The notes: generated by a model from the letters alone, not told the origin. Shown: positions 25,168-35,748, counted from the first letter of the stretch. The stretch is 64,000 nucleotides of DNA from Elusimicrobiota bacterium (GCA_042562855.1 JBHPNE010000003.1:6366-70365); one strand, 5' to 3'. A program made the numbers and translations.

Positions 25168-26346
25168 TATGGCTGCTTCAAGTCTGTCCAAGCCTTTTTC
25201 AATATTACTTTGAGAAGTTGCATAAGAAAGGCGCATATAACCGGGCGCGCCGAAAGGCTCACCCGGGACCACCGCGATTTTAGCGTTTTCAAGAAGATAC
25301 GTTGCAAAATCCATGCAGGTATTTATTTTTTTGCCTTTGTAAGTTTTGCCCAAGAGGCCTTTAATGTTCGGGAAAACATAGAATGACCCTTTAGGTTTAA
25401 AACATTTTATCCCTTCAATATTATTTAAGCGCTCAACAATGTAGTTTCTTCTTTTTTCAAATTCAATTCTCATTATTTCTATGCTGTCTTGAGGCCCGGT
25501 AAGAGCTTCGGTAGCAGCTTTCAAGGAAATTGACGTCGGGTTGGAAGTGGACTGGCTCTGAATTTTTGTCATAGCCGATACTATTTCCTTATTTCCCGCG
25601 GCATAGCCTATTCTCCAGCCGGTCATGGAGTATGATTTTGATACTCCGTTTATAACTACGGTATTATTTTTAATCTTATCGGAAATGCTTGCAATGGAAG
25701 TAAATTTAAAATTATCGTAAGTGAGCTTTTCGTAAATATCATCTGCAATTATCAGAATTTTATTTTTAACACAGATATTTCCTATTTCTTCCAATTCCTC
25801 TTTTGTGTATGCGCTGCCGGTAGGATTTGACGGGGAATTAATTACGATTGCTTTTGTTTTTTTTGTTATGGCTTTCAACAAATCTTTCGGCATAAGCTTG
25901 AATTCGTTTGATTCATTTGTTTTAACTATTTTCGGTTTTGCTTCCGATAACATCGCCATATCCGGATACGATACCCAGTAAGGGGCAGGAATTATAATTT
26001 CATTGCCTTTATCAAGAATTGCCTGGAACAGATTGTATAGGGAATGTTTTGCCCCGCATGAAACAATAATTTCATTTTGTTCATAATTGAGATTGTTATC
26101 TCTTTTCAATTTTTCTATAATAGCTGCCTTTAAGTCAGGAGTTCCGGGTACCGGGCAGTATTTGGTAAAGCCTTCATCTATGGCTTTTTTGGCGCATTGT
26201 TTGATATTATCCGGCGTGTCAAAGTCCGGTTCGCCGGCGCCGAAACTGATGATATCTATGCCTTGGGCTTTTAATGCTTTCGCTTTTGCTTCTATTGCAA
26301 GTGTTGGCGAGGGTTTAATCTTTTGAATTCGTTTTGCAAGTTTCAT
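25162..26346 (-). CDS. aspC: class I pyridoxal-phosphate aminotransferase (aspartate aminotransferase type)
   Basis: Start is the internal ATG (MKLAKRIQKIKPSPTLAIEAKAKALKAQGIDIISFGAGEPDFDTP) behind GGAG. The 12-codon ORF-track extension would run over the rplU promoter. PLP lysine context: VINGVSKSYSMTGWRIGY. Confidence 0.9.
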   Translation of the reverse strand: MKLAKRIQKIKPSPTLAIEAKAKALKAQGIDIISFGAGEPDFDTPDNIKQCAKKAIDEGFTKYCPVPGTPDLKAAIIEKLKRDNNLNYEQNEIIVSCGAKHSLYNLFQAILDKGNEIIIPAPYWVSYPDMAMLSEAKPKIVKTNESNEFKLMPKDLLKAITKKTKAIVINSPSNPTGSAYTKEELEEIGNICVKNKILIIADDIYEKLTYDNFKFTSIASISDKIKNNTVVINGVSKSYSMTGWRIGYAAGNKEIVSAMTKIQSQSTSNPTSISLKAATEALTGPQDSIEIMRIEFEKRRNYIVERLNNIEGIKCFKPKGSFYVFPNIKGLLGKTYKGKKINTCMDFATYLLENAKIAVVPGEPFGAPGYMRLSYATSQSNIEKGLDRLEAAIK

Positions 26347-26367
26347 GCAAGAATCTCCGTTTTTGTA

Positions 26368-26397
26368 TTGACATATCAACATGAATTTTGATATATT
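26368..26397 (+). promoter_or_regulatory. candidate promoter TTGACA-N18-TATATT for rplU-rpmA-obg
   Basis: -35 at 26368-26373 and -10 at 26392-26397, in the divergent aspC/rplU spacer. Confidence 0.5.
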
Positions 26398-26423
26398 ATA
26401 CGGATTATAAAGGAGCTAGTCAA

Positions 26424-26738
26424 ATGTATGCAGTCATAAAAACAGGCGGAAAACAGTATAAAGTAGAAAAAGGCAACAATATTTTAGTGGATAAGCTGTC
26501 TGCTGAATTGGGCAAGGATATTGTTATTGACGATGTTTTGCTAATTGGCGATGGCAAAAGTGCTACAATCGGAAAACCTACAATAAAAGGTGCAAGTGTG
26601 GTCGCAACTGTGGTAAATCAGACGCGTGCACCGAAAATCATTGTTTTTAAGAAACGTTCTAAAAAAGGATATAAGAAAACTCAAGGACACAGACAGAATT
26701 TGACCGAGATTCATATCAAAGATATTAAGTCGAAGTAG
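26424..26738 (+). CDS. rplU: 50S ribosomal protein L21
   Basis: MYAVIKTGGKQYKVEKG... is the canonical L21 start, 7 nt after AGGAG. The ORF-track start at 26388 is rejected. Confidence 0.95.
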   Translation: MYAVIKTGGKQYKVEKGNNILVDKLSAELGKDIVIDDVLLIGDGKSATIGKPTIKGASVVATVVNQTRAPKIIVFKKRSKKGYKKTQGHRQNLTEIHIKDIKSK

Positions 26739-26750
26739 AACAAAAGTAAC

Positions 26751-26767
26751 GCCAGCCAAAGGCTGGC
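26751..26767 (+). other. GC-rich hairpin GCCAGCC-AAA-GGCTGGC in the rplU-rpmA spacer
   Basis: 7-bp perfect stem with no U-tract after it. Function unknown (processing or translational-coupling element?). Confidence 0.3.
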
Positions 26768-26791
26768 ACGCCTTAAGAAGGGAGGAAGTAA

Positions 26792-27046
26792 ATGGCACAT
26801 GTAAAAGCGCAAGGTTCATCATCTAACGGACGAGATTCAGCGGGCCAGCGGTTGGGCGTAAAAGTCTTCGGAGATCAGAAGATCTCTGCTGGAGCTATAA
26901 TAGTCCGTCAACGCGGAACAAAATTTCATCCTGGTAGAAATGTCGGGATGGGGTCTGATTATACTATTTTTGCTAAAGCTTCTGGAACGGTGAAGTTTGA
27001 GAAGAAATCAGGGAATAAAAGTTATATTAGTGTTGTTCCAGCTTAA
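26792..27046 (+). CDS. rpmA: 50S ribosomal protein L27
   Basis: 84 aa. [27 protein letters not shown] is a typical L27 N-terminus. GGGAGG RBS. Confidence 0.96.
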   Translation: MAHVKAQGSSSNGRDSAGQRLGVKVFGDQKISAGAIIVRQRGTKFHPGRNVGMGSDYTIFAKASGTVKFEKKSGNKSYISVVPA

Positions 27047-27065
27047 AAAGTGTAGTGTTAACTAG

Positions 27066-28319
<1,254 letters not shown>

Positions 28320-28425
28320 TTGATTGCTGTAAATATTTTATTGTAGAATCCAGAAGGATTGACTAGTATAAACTTTTTATAGTAAAATCAACCGGTATAG
28401 AGATCCTAAAAGATGTGGAGGAAAT

Positions 28426-28857
28426 GTGGCTAAAAAAACATCAAAAAAATCAAAACCAAGAGTTTTTGAAAGGCATCCAGGCGAGCTTCCGATAAGAGTG
28501 AAAATCGGCAACAGTAAGTCCTACAAGGATGAGTTGATGAATAATATCAGCCTTGGCGGCATGTCTTTTAAGTCCAAGTCTGTTTTAAAAAAAGGCACAT
28601 TAGTAAAAATTAAGGCAAAAGTGGCGGATAATATACCTGAAGTGGAAGGAATTGTTGCATGGAGTAAAAAAAATAAAGGATACTGTGATATCGGTGTGGA
28701 ATTTTCTGAGACCGAAGCAAAGTTTGGAGTAAGAATACTTGAGCAGCTTTATAATATTGAAAATTATAAAAAAGATGTAAAAAAGAAAGAAGGGCGCGTT
28801 TTGACCGGCGAACAAGCAGCGCTTGAGTGGATAAGAAAATACGCCGGCGGTGTTTAA
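28426..28857 (+). CDS. PilZ-domain protein
   Basis: 143 aa with a GTG start 5 nt after [17 protein letters not shown]...[11 protein letters not shown] resembles PilZ RxxxR / DxSxxG elements, with the first motif degenerate. Confidence 0.6.
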   Translation: MAKKTSKKSKPRVFERHPGELPIRVKIGNSKSYKDELMNNISLGGMSFKSKSVLKKGTLVKIKAKVADNIPEVEGIVAWSKKNKGYCDIGVEFSETEAKFGVRILEQLYNIENYKKDVKKKEGRVLTGEQAALEWIRKYAGGV

Positions 28858-28912
28858 AAACCTTTTCAAAAAATTCCTGCCTGAAAAATTACTTCAAAGG
28901 TTTGAGTATAGC

Positions 28913-29134
28913 ATGGTTAAAGAGTGTTCAAAGAATACAAATATTGAAAATTGTAATTGTACATACGAACCTTGCTCAAGAAAAGGTGTTTGCTGCGAGT
29001 GTATAAAGTACCATTGGTTTTCCTCAAAAGAAATGCCTGCTTGTTTTTTCCCTGAGAGTGCAGAAAAAACCTACGACAGGTCGCTGGAAAATTTTCTGGA
29101 TGTTTGGAATAAAAAGCTAAGGAAAAGTGAATAG
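28913..29134 (+). CDS. small cysteine-rich protein (DUF6485-like)
   Basis: [21 protein letters not shown]...PACFF cysteine pattern. The start is uncertain (ATG 28913, or GTG 28850 overlapping the PilZ gene). Confidence 0.55.
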   Translation: MVKECSKNTNIENCNCTYEPCSRKGVCCECIKYHWFSSKEMPACFFPESAEKTYDRSLENFLDVWNKKLRKSE

Positions 29135-29534
29135 GAAATTATTTTTATCATGGGGATCCGTCCTTTTGTGGATGGGTCTTATTTTTTATCTTTCAAACAT
29201 ACCGGGCTTAAAAACCCAATTGGGCGTGTGGGATCTGATATTTAGAAAACTTGCACACATGTTTGAGTTTGGAGTTTTGTTTCTTCTCTTGTTTAAAGCA
29301 TTTAGTGAAAGTATAAAAAAATATTCGTACACAAACTTGAATATTTTATCAGGCATAATTGCCGTAGTTTATGCCGTATCGGACGAGTACCACCAGTCTT
29401 TTGTGCCCGAGCGCGGGCCGTCGGTTTATGATGTGGGTATTGACGCTGTTGGCATATTGATTGCAGTAATGATTCTATGGTATTATAAGAAAAAACGGAG
29501 ACCAGATGAAGCTTGGCATAGTAGGACTTCCTAA
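29127..29534 (+). CDS. VanZ-family membrane protein
   Basis: 135 aa with 4 TM segments. Motifs [15 protein letters not shown] and [24 protein letters not shown]. Confidence 0.8.
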   Translation: MNRKLFLSWGSVLLWMGLIFYLSNIPGLKTQLGVWDLIFRKLAHMFEFGVLFLLLFKAFSESIKKYSYTNLNILSGIIAVVYAVSDEYHQSFVPERGPSVYDVGIDAVGILIAVMILWYYKKKRRPDEAWHSRTS

Positions 29535-30597
29535 TGTAGGAAAATCTACACTTTTTAATGCAATAACGAAAGCGGGGGCAAATGTTGCAAATTATCCTTT
29601 TTGCACTATTGATCCGAATGTGGGCGTGGTGACTGTTCCTGATACAAGGCTCGATGAACTGTCAGAGATTATCAAACCCCAAAAGAAAGTGCCCGCGGCT
29701 GTTGAGTTCGTTGATATTGCAGGGTTGGTAAAAGGAGCATCCAAAGGAGAAGGTCTTGGTAATCAGTTCTTAGCAAATATCAGGGAAACAGAGGCAATTG
29801 TCCATGTGGTGAGATGCTTTGAGGACAAAAATGTTGCCCATGTTTCCGGGAAAATTGAACCAAAAAGTGATATTGAAACTATAAACACCGAACTTATACT
29901 TTCCGATATGGAAGCGCTGGATAAAAAAATACAGCGGCTTGAAAAAAACACCAAAACAGGCGACAAAGAAATAATTGCAGAAAAAGAATTTGCAGAGCGC
30001 TTGAAAAAACATCTTGAGGAAGGTAATCCCGCAAGAACTTTTGATTTAAGCGATTCGGAAAAAGAAATTATCAAGGAATATTTTCTTTTAACAATAAAAC
30101 CTATTCTTTATGCATGCAATGTAGCCGAAAGTTCTCTGCCCGCAATGGATAATGAATCCACAAGACTAGTTGCAGAAATTGCAAAAAAAGAAAATGCTTC
30201 GGCTGTCTCAATATGCGCAAAGATTGAAGCTGAACTGTCTGAGTTGTCCGAATCCGACCAAAAAACTTTTCTAAAAGACTTAGGTCTTAAAGAGCCTGGC
30301 TTAAACAGGCTTATTAGAACAAGTTATGATCTGCTTGGCTTAATGAGTTTCTACACTGCCGGAGAAAAAGAGTGCAGGGCATGGACCATAAAAAAAGGCA
30401 GCAAAGCGCCTGAGGCCGCCGGTAAGATTCATACAGACTTTGAAAAAGGATTCATCAGGGCTGAGGTGAGATCTTTTGATGATATAAAAAGACTTGGCGG
30501 TGACAAAGCGGTAAAAGATGCAGGGCTTTTAAGGTCGGAAGGTAAAGAGTATGTTGTTAAAGACGGAGATGTAATCGAATTTCTTTTTAATGTATAA
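29506..30597 (+). CDS. ychF: ribosome-binding ATPase YchF
   Basis: 363 aa. [29 protein letters not shown] and a C-terminal TGS-like FIRAEV...VKDGDVIEF. Confidence 0.96.
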   Translation: MKLGIVGLPNVGKSTLFNAITKAGANVANYPFCTIDPNVGVVTVPDTRLDELSEIIKPQKKVPAAVEFVDIAGLVKGASKGEGLGNQFLANIRETEAIVHVVRCFEDKNVAHVSGKIEPKSDIETINTELILSDMEALDKKIQRLEKNTKTGDKEIIAEKEFAERLKKHLEEGNPARTFDLSDSEKEIIKEYFLLTIKPILYACNVAESSLPAMDNESTRLVAEIAKKENASAVSICAKIEAELSELSESDQKTFLKDLGLKEPGLNRLIRTSYDLLGLMSFYTAGEKECRAWTIKKGSKAPEAAGKIHTDFEKGFIRAEVRSFDDIKRLGGDKAVKDAGLLRSEGKEYVVKDGDVIEFLFNV

Positions 30598-30606
30598 GGT
30601 AAAATT

Positions 30607-31143
30607 ATGAAAAGCCTGGATAAAATATTTGCTGAGAGAAAAAGTATTAGAAAATATTTAAGCAAACCGGTTGAGAAAAAAAAGGTAGATGCGATATTAG
30701 AGGCTGCACGTATCGCGCCTTCTGCCTGCAATGCCCAGCCGTGGCGTATTGTTGTGGTTGGTGACAGGAAATTAAGATCGCAGATAGTCGTTGAGGGTTT
30801 CGGCGGTATGATCGTTCCTAATAAATGGGCGGGTACTGCTCCATTAATAATAGCCGTTTGCAGCGACAAAAAACTTTTTACGCATCACTTGGCAGAGAGA
30901 ATCCAGGGTGTTCAGTACCATCTGATTGATATAGGTATAGTAATGGAACATATGGCCCTAAAGGCTGCTGAACTGGGGCTTGGCACATGCTATATCGGCT
31001 GGTTTAAAGGCGAAGAGATAAAAAAAGTTTTAAAACTCCCCCTAACGTGGAAAGTGGAATGCCTTATGACTCTCGGATATCCGGATGAAAACCCAAAACC
31101 TACAAAAAGAAAGAAAATTTCTGAAATTTCTATTATTCGCTGA
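30607..31143 (+). CDS. nitroreductase-family protein
   Basis: 178 aa. RKSIRKYLSKPVEKKKVDAILEAARIAPSACNAQPWRIVVV is the classical nitroreductase N-terminal motif. Confidence 0.85.
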   Translation: MKSLDKIFAERKSIRKYLSKPVEKKKVDAILEAARIAPSACNAQPWRIVVVGDRKLRSQIVVEGFGGMIVPNKWAGTAPLIIAVCSDKKLFTHHLAERIQGVQYHLIDIGIVMEHMALKAAELGLGTCYIGWFKGEEIKKVLKLPLTWKVECLMTLGYPDENPKPTKRKKISEISIIR

Positions 31144-31528
31144 TCTTCAAGTAAACTTTTCTTGTCCTTGGTCCGTCAAATTCTGTAAAAAATACTCCCT
31201 GCCATGTTCCTAAAATGAGTTTTCCGTTTTCAAAGCCTAAGTTTTGAGAGGATCCCATAAGACTCGCCTTTATATGTGCTGCAGAATTGCCTTCCATGTG
31301 CTTGTAATTATTTTTTAGAGGGATGAGTTTATCCAATGAGGCTATAATATCCGATATTACATCTGGGTCGGCGTTTTCGTTGATGGTTATGCCGGCTGTG
31401 GTGTGGGGAATATAAATATGGCAAATTCCGTTTTTAACTTTTTGTTTTGAAATTATGTCTTGGATAACGGAGGTTATATCAACAAATTCACTGCGGTATT
31501 TGGTGCGAAGCGTAAATTCATGAGTCAT
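31133..31528 (-). CDS. yjbQ: YjbQ/UPF0047 family protein (secondary thiamine-phosphate synthase type)
   Basis: 131 aa. ICHIYIPHTTAGITINENADPDV...GNSAAHIKASLMG...LGTWQGVFFTEFDGPRTRKV. Confidence 0.88.
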   Translation of the reverse strand: MTHEFTLRTKYRSEFVDITSVIQDIISKQKVKNGICHIYIPHTTAGITINENADPDVISDIIASLDKLIPLKNNYKHMEGNSAAHIKASLMGSSQNLGFENGKLILGTWQGVFFTEFDGPRTRKVYLKISE

Positions 31529-32010
31529 TTTAGTATTTTAAAAACATCCTCAAGTATAACATCCGTGTCTACACAGCCGTCTTTGGATAAAGGCACAAAC
31601 TGGACTGCAATTTTTTTATCTTTCAAAAGTTCAATCGCTTGAGCCCCTTCAAAAAAGCAGGATATTCCCAATATTGCCTTGGGCTCGAATTCCGAAGTGA
31701 GCTTTTCTATGGTTTTTCCGCCTTTTAGTATAAACAAACCCTTATAACCCAGTTCTTTCGATTTTTTACTGATAGAGTTTATTTTGCATGCACCGCATTC
31801 GCTGCAGATGTAGTAGCTTCCGATTTCCTTGGCTTTGCATTTTTTGCTGTTTCTAAGGCAATGCGGTACGAAAATTATCCGTTCACTGAAGGGCACAAGG
31901 AGAAAATCCTTCTCCATTTTGGCGTTGCCTTTTTGGGTGATTCTTTTATTTAATTCTTCTTTGGTTTTTTTAGTAATTTTGCACAGTTTCATGATATGGT
32001 AATTTATCAA
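31525..32010 (-). CDS. DUF116-family Cys-rich protein
   Basis: 161 aa. VPHCLRNSKKCKAKE...YICSECGACKI cysteine pattern. Its stop overlaps the yjbQ start. The exact start is uncertain. Confidence 0.65.
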   Translation of the reverse strand: MINYHIMKLCKITKKTKEELNKRITQKGNAKMEKDFLLVPFSERIIFVPHCLRNSKKCKAKEIGSYYICSECGACKINSISKKSKELGYKGLFILKGGKTIEKLTSEFEPKAILGISCFFEGAQAIELLKDKKIAVQFVPLSKDGCVDTDVILEDVFKILK

Positions 32011-32075
32011 ATAACTATATTAAAATCAAATTTAGCGGGACTGTCACTGTTTTTCCAATCTGTCCTGAGGCTAAA

Positions 32076-32158
32076 GGGGCGCTTCCACCCCCTTTAAAAC
32101 CCCCGGAGTTCATTTTCTTTTTACGCGAAAAGAAAATGAACCAAAAGAAGCGCGCCCC
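32076..32158. other. candidate structured RNA element A (nested long hairpin)
   Basis: Outer pairing GGGGCGC/GCGCCCC (32076-82 with 32152-58), extended by TTC/GAA across a 2-nt bulge. It encloses a perfect 14-bp hairpin GTTCATTTTCTTTT-tacgcg-AAAAGAAAATGAAC (32108-32141). Confidence 0.35.
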
Positions 32159-32337
32159 TGTGAGCCATTCGCTAAAATTATTTTCTGCGGTTGCGGAACT
32201 TGTCCGCCTAGGGCGGACTTCGGACAGTCCTCACCGACTACTCCGAAAACAATTTCGCTCATTGACGGGCTCTAGGGGGTATAAAAGTCTTTGAAGTTAG
32301 CTGTTTGAAAACCCTATTTGAACTGCTTATGAGTGAG

Positions 32338-32442
32338 CATTTTTCAGGAGTATTCGGTTTTGCATGTTCGACGTGCCAAAGGCAAGGAAAAGTTTTTGGA
32401 CCCGATGTTGTTCTCGGGAAGTTTCAAAACCGCTGAAAAATG
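32338..32442. other. candidate structured RNA element B (multi-stem junction)
   Basis: CATTTTTCAG (32338-47) pairs with CTGAAAAATG (32433-42). CGGTTTTG (32355-62) pairs with CAAAACCG (32425-32). Inner hairpins are TGCC-AAA-GGCA (32374-84) and CCCGA-N8-TCGGG (32401-18). Confidence 0.35.
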
Positions 32443-32623
32443 TGAACGAATAGTTCATAAGGGCATATTTCTTTTGTAACTTTTCTTTGTATGCCCAAAG
32501 AAAAGTTTAATGAGGTTAGTTTTTTAAAAAATAGACTTTCATTGATAAACCTAAAAATCAACCTTGAGATGACAAATTGATATAAAATATAGTACAATTA
32601 ACCGACTTTTAGGGGTAAACTAA

Positions 32624-33697
32624 ATGAAGAAACTCAGCGTTAATTTAGGCAAAAGATCATATCCAATATTTATCGGACCGAAAATATCCGAACTAGGGCA
32701 TTTTTTAAGAAAAAGCGGTTTTTCAGGCAAAGTGTTTATTATTACAAATCCGACCGTTGCCAAACTTTATCTTGAAAAACTTGAAAAAAGCTTGGAAAAG
32801 GCAGGGTTTGATTTTAAGCACTATCAAATACCTGATGGCGAACAGCACAAAAATATGGAAACGCTTGAAAAGATATATAAAAGCGCTTCCATAAGCGGAA
32901 TTGATAGAAAGTCTTTTGTAATTGCATTGGGCGGAGGGGTGGTTGGTGATGTGGCCGGTTTTTTTGCCGCCACCTACATGAGAGGGCTTCAGCTCATCCA
33001 GGTGCCGACAACGTTGCTTGCTATGGTGGACTCATCGGTCGGAGGCAAAACGGGGATTGATCTTGGCGAAGGCAAAAATCTGGTGGGAGCTTTTTATCAG
33101 CCGAAAGCTGTGTGGATTGATACTTTGGCTCTTAAAACATTGCCCGAAAGGCAAATACGTAACGGCCTTGCTGAAGTTATTAAATACGGCGTTATAAAAG
33201 ATTCAAAGTTCTTTAGTTATCTTGAAAAAAACATAGTAAAATTTAAAAAAATAAAATCTGCAGAATGGGAAAAAATAATTTACCGGTGCTGTCAGATAAA
33301 AGCGCAAGTAGTGGAAGATGATGAAAAGGAACATAAGGGAATAAGAGAGGTCTTAAATTTCGGCCATACATTCGGCCATGCAATAGAGACCCTTACTAAG
33401 TATAAAAAATATTATCATGGCGAAGCGATAGCGTTGGGGATGAGTATAGCGGCGAAGCTTGCCGTAAAAAAAGGACTTTTTAGCGAGAAAGACCGGATGA
33501 GGCTAGATTCGCTTCTTTTAAAAACGGAACTTACCGGAAACAATAAGGCGAAATTTTCCCCGAATACCATGATACTTCTTATGCTCAGAGACAAAAAGGT
33601 AAGAGACGGAGTTTTAAGATTTGTTTTGCCGACAAAAATTGGCGAAGTGAAAATTGAATCGTCTATTCCCGTAAAACTTATACGTGAGGTATTATAA
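32624..33697 (+). CDS. aroB: 3-dehydroquinate synthase
   Basis: 357 aa. [39 protein letters not shown] and [12 protein letters not shown]. Confidence 0.95.
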   Translation: MKKLSVNLGKRSYPIFIGPKISELGHFLRKSGFSGKVFIITNPTVAKLYLEKLEKSLEKAGFDFKHYQIPDGEQHKNMETLEKIYKSASISGIDRKSFVIALGGGVVGDVAGFFAATYMRGLQLIQVPTTLLAMVDSSVGGKTGIDLGEGKNLVGAFYQPKAVWIDTLALKTLPERQIRNGLAEVIKYGVIKDSKFFSYLEKNIVKFKKIKSAEWEKIIYRCCQIKAQVVEDDEKEHKGIREVLNFGHTFGHAIETLTKYKKYYHGEAIALGMSIAAKLAVKKGLFSEKDRMRLDSLLLKTELTGNNKAKFSPNTMILLMLRDKKVRDGVLRFVLPTKIGEVKIESSIPVKLIREVL

Positions 33698-33698
33698 A

Positions 33699-34136
33699 AT
33701 GACAAAAATTTTAGTTGTAAATGGACCGAATTTGAATTTGCTCGGGCAGCGTGAGCCCGATATATACGGCAATATTACCCTAAATGATATAGAAGCCCAA
33801 ATGTCTGCATTGGCAAAAGAACTCAAAGTTGAGTTAGAGTTTTTTCAGTCGGACTCGGAAGGCGAGATTGTAGAAAAAATCGGCAAATCTTCGAAAAATT
33901 TTCAGCATATAATAATTAACCCTGCGGCATATACCCATACATCTGTTGCGATTCGTGATGCAATCGTTGCAGCAGGATTACCTACAATAGAAGTTCACAT
34001 TTCAAATATTTATGGCAGGGAAGAATTCCGCCATAAGTCACTCATTGCTCCGGTGTGCAAAGGGCAAATCTCAGGATTCGGCCTTAACGGATATTTGTTT
34101 GCTTTGCGCGCGGTGTCTGAATCGGCAGGAAAATAA
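33699..34136 (+). CDS. aroQ: type II 3-dehydroquinate dehydratase
   Basis: [24 protein letters not shown]...[16 protein letters not shown]...EVHISNI. The ATG at 33699 lies 2 nt after the aroB stop, so the ORF-track start at 33684 is rejected. Confidence 0.95.
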   Translation: MTKILVVNGPNLNLLGQREPDIYGNITLNDIEAQMSALAKELKVELEFFQSDSEGEIVEKIGKSSKNFQHIIINPAAYTHTSVAIRDAIVAAGLPTIEVHISNIYGREEFRHKSLIAPVCKGQISGFGLNGYLFALRAVSESAGK

Positions 34137-34150
34137 CCCTTAAAAAAATT

Positions 34151-35170
34151 ATGTTTAAACAAAGAAGAAAAAAAATTACTGCAATTATGCATGTTGGTGC
34201 TTTGCTTGTTACGGACAAAAGTGACCTATTTTATTTAACAGGTTTGGACCTTGACGGCTACTGGATGCTTTTGACAGATAAAAAGACTTTTATCATTACA
34301 TCTGAAATGTTAACTAATCAGATAGGGAAACTTCTTCCTGAAATTAGAATTGTTTCTTCAAATAATTTTGTTGATGCGCTGAATACTCTAAAGCTGAGAA
34401 ATATAGGCCTAAACTTTGCAAAAGTAAACCAGCAAATTCTTGCCAAAATCAATAAAAAAATTAAAACTAAAGATACCGGGGATTTATTGGCAAGTTTGCG
34501 GTTAATTAAGGATGATGTGGAAATAAGAGATATTAAAAGCTCATGCGCCATAGCTTCGAAGGTCTTTAATAAGGTGAAAAAACTGGTAAAACCGGGTAAA
34601 ACAGAAATGGAAATTGCATTCAAAATTGAGGAATATTTTGCAAAATACAGCGTCAGACCATCCTTTACTCCGATAGTGGCTTCAGGGCCAAATACTGCTA
34701 GTCCGCATCATATCAGTTCAACGCGAAAGTTGAGGCCAAACGATACTGTCATGATAGACATGGGGTGCGTGTATAAGGGGTATTGTTCAGATTTGACAAG
34801 AACATTTTTTTTGGGTAAAATAACCAACTCGCAAAACAGTCTGTATTATGTATTAAAAAAGGCTCAAAACCAAGCCATAAAAAGAGTAAAAGAAGACATT
34901 CAAATAGGCGTAATAGATTCATGCGCAAGAGGCATAATTTCTGATGCCGGATTCGGAAAAAATTTTGTTCATTCTACCGGCCATGGCGTTGGAATAGATG
35001 TACATGAAGAGCCGAAAGTAAACAAGGCCAATAAAGGGTACTTGAAAGCTGGGATGGTAATAACTATTGAACCCGGAGTATATTTGCCTGACAAATTCGG
35101 CATAAGAATTGAAGATACGATACTGGTAACAAAAAAAGGTTGTAAAAATTTAACTGACAGCGCAAGATAA
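34151..35170 (+). CDS. pepP: M24-family Xaa-Pro aminopeptidase/dipeptidase
   Basis: 339 aa with metal-ligand context DMGCVYKGYCSDLTRTF, HSTGHGVGIDVHE and ITIEPGVY...IRIED. Sits in the aroQ-pepP-efp arrangement known from other bacteria. Confidence 0.85.
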   Translation: MFKQRRKKITAIMHVGALLVTDKSDLFYLTGLDLDGYWMLLTDKKTFIITSEMLTNQIGKLLPEIRIVSSNNFVDALNTLKLRNIGLNFAKVNQQILAKINKKIKTKDTGDLLASLRLIKDDVEIRDIKSSCAIASKVFNKVKKLVKPGKTEMEIAFKIEEYFAKYSVRPSFTPIVASGPNTASPHHISSTRKLRPNDTVMIDMGCVYKGYCSDLTRTFFLGKITNSQNSLYYVLKKAQNQAIKRVKEDIQIGVIDSCARGIISDAGFGKNFVHSTGHGVGIDVHEEPKVNKANKGYLKAGMVITIEPGVYLPDKFGIRIEDTILVTKKGCKNLTDSAR

Positions 35171-35184
35171 AAGGGGCAAAATAG

Positions 35185-35748
35185 ATGATTTCGACGTCGG
35201 AGTTTAAGAATGGGATATGTATTCTGGTAGATAAAGAGCCTTATCAGATTTTGTGGTTTCAAAACCACAAACCCGGTAAGGGGGGCGCTGTAATGCGCAC
35301 CAAAATGAAACATCTGAAAAAGGGGAGTATAATCGAAAGGACTTTTAAGTCGGGCGAAAAATTTGAACAGGTAAGTTTAACGAGGCAAAAAAAACAGTTT
35401 TTGTATGCAGACGGTTCGGACTATCACTTTATGGATATGGAAAGCTATGAGCAGATAAGTATTGAAAAAGAAAAACTGGGCAGAAGTGCCGATTTTTTAA
35501 CTGAGAACTTAGAAGTTCAGGCAATTTATTTAGACGGAGAATTAGTTAGCGTAGAGCTTCCGGTAACAGTTGAAATAAAAGTTACCCAAACCGTTCCGGG
35601 GATCAAGGGAGATTCTGTATCGAACATTATGAAACCGGCAACGGTTGAAACCGGCGCGGAAGTACAAGTCCCCCTGTTTATCAAGGAAGGGGATAAGGTT
35701 AAGATAGACACCAGAAGCGGCGAATATATTGAGAGAGTGAATTCTTAA
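35185..35748 (+). CDS. efp: elongation factor P
   Basis: 187 aa. MISTSEFKNGICILVDKEPYQILWFQNHKPGKGGAVMRTKMK. Confidence 0.96.
   Translation: MISTSEFKNGICILVDKEPYQILWFQNHKPGKGGAVMRTKMKHLKKGSIIERTFKSGEKFEQVSLTRQKKQFLYADGSDYHFMDMESYEQISIEKEKLGRSADFLTENLEVQAIYLDGELVSVELPVTVEIKVTQTVPGIKGDSVSNIMKPATVETGAEVQVPLFIKEGDKVKIDTRSGEYIERVNS

Larger units (their letters stand above)
24418..25174 (-). mobile_element. REPtron-like unit: Y1 transposase gene bracketed by inverted 21-nt hairpin repeats
   Basis: AAGTAGG-GACAGCG-CCTACTT (24418-24438) and its exact reverse complement AAGTAGG-CGCTGTC-CCTACTT (25147-25167). Each is followed by the direct repeat TATGGCT. Confidence 0.6.

Noticed and set aside
32136-32292. 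52-codon basic ORF (MNQKKRAPVSHS...) and a 35-codon ORF with five Phe residues (32329-32436) in the ORF-free gap, considered as small proteins or an aromatic-amino-acid leader peptide.
   Set aside because: Neither has a Shine-Dalgarno sequence. The Phe codons are scattered rather than clustered as in pheL-type leaders. The open frames coincide with the G+C-rich hairpin arms, so RNA structure explains them better.
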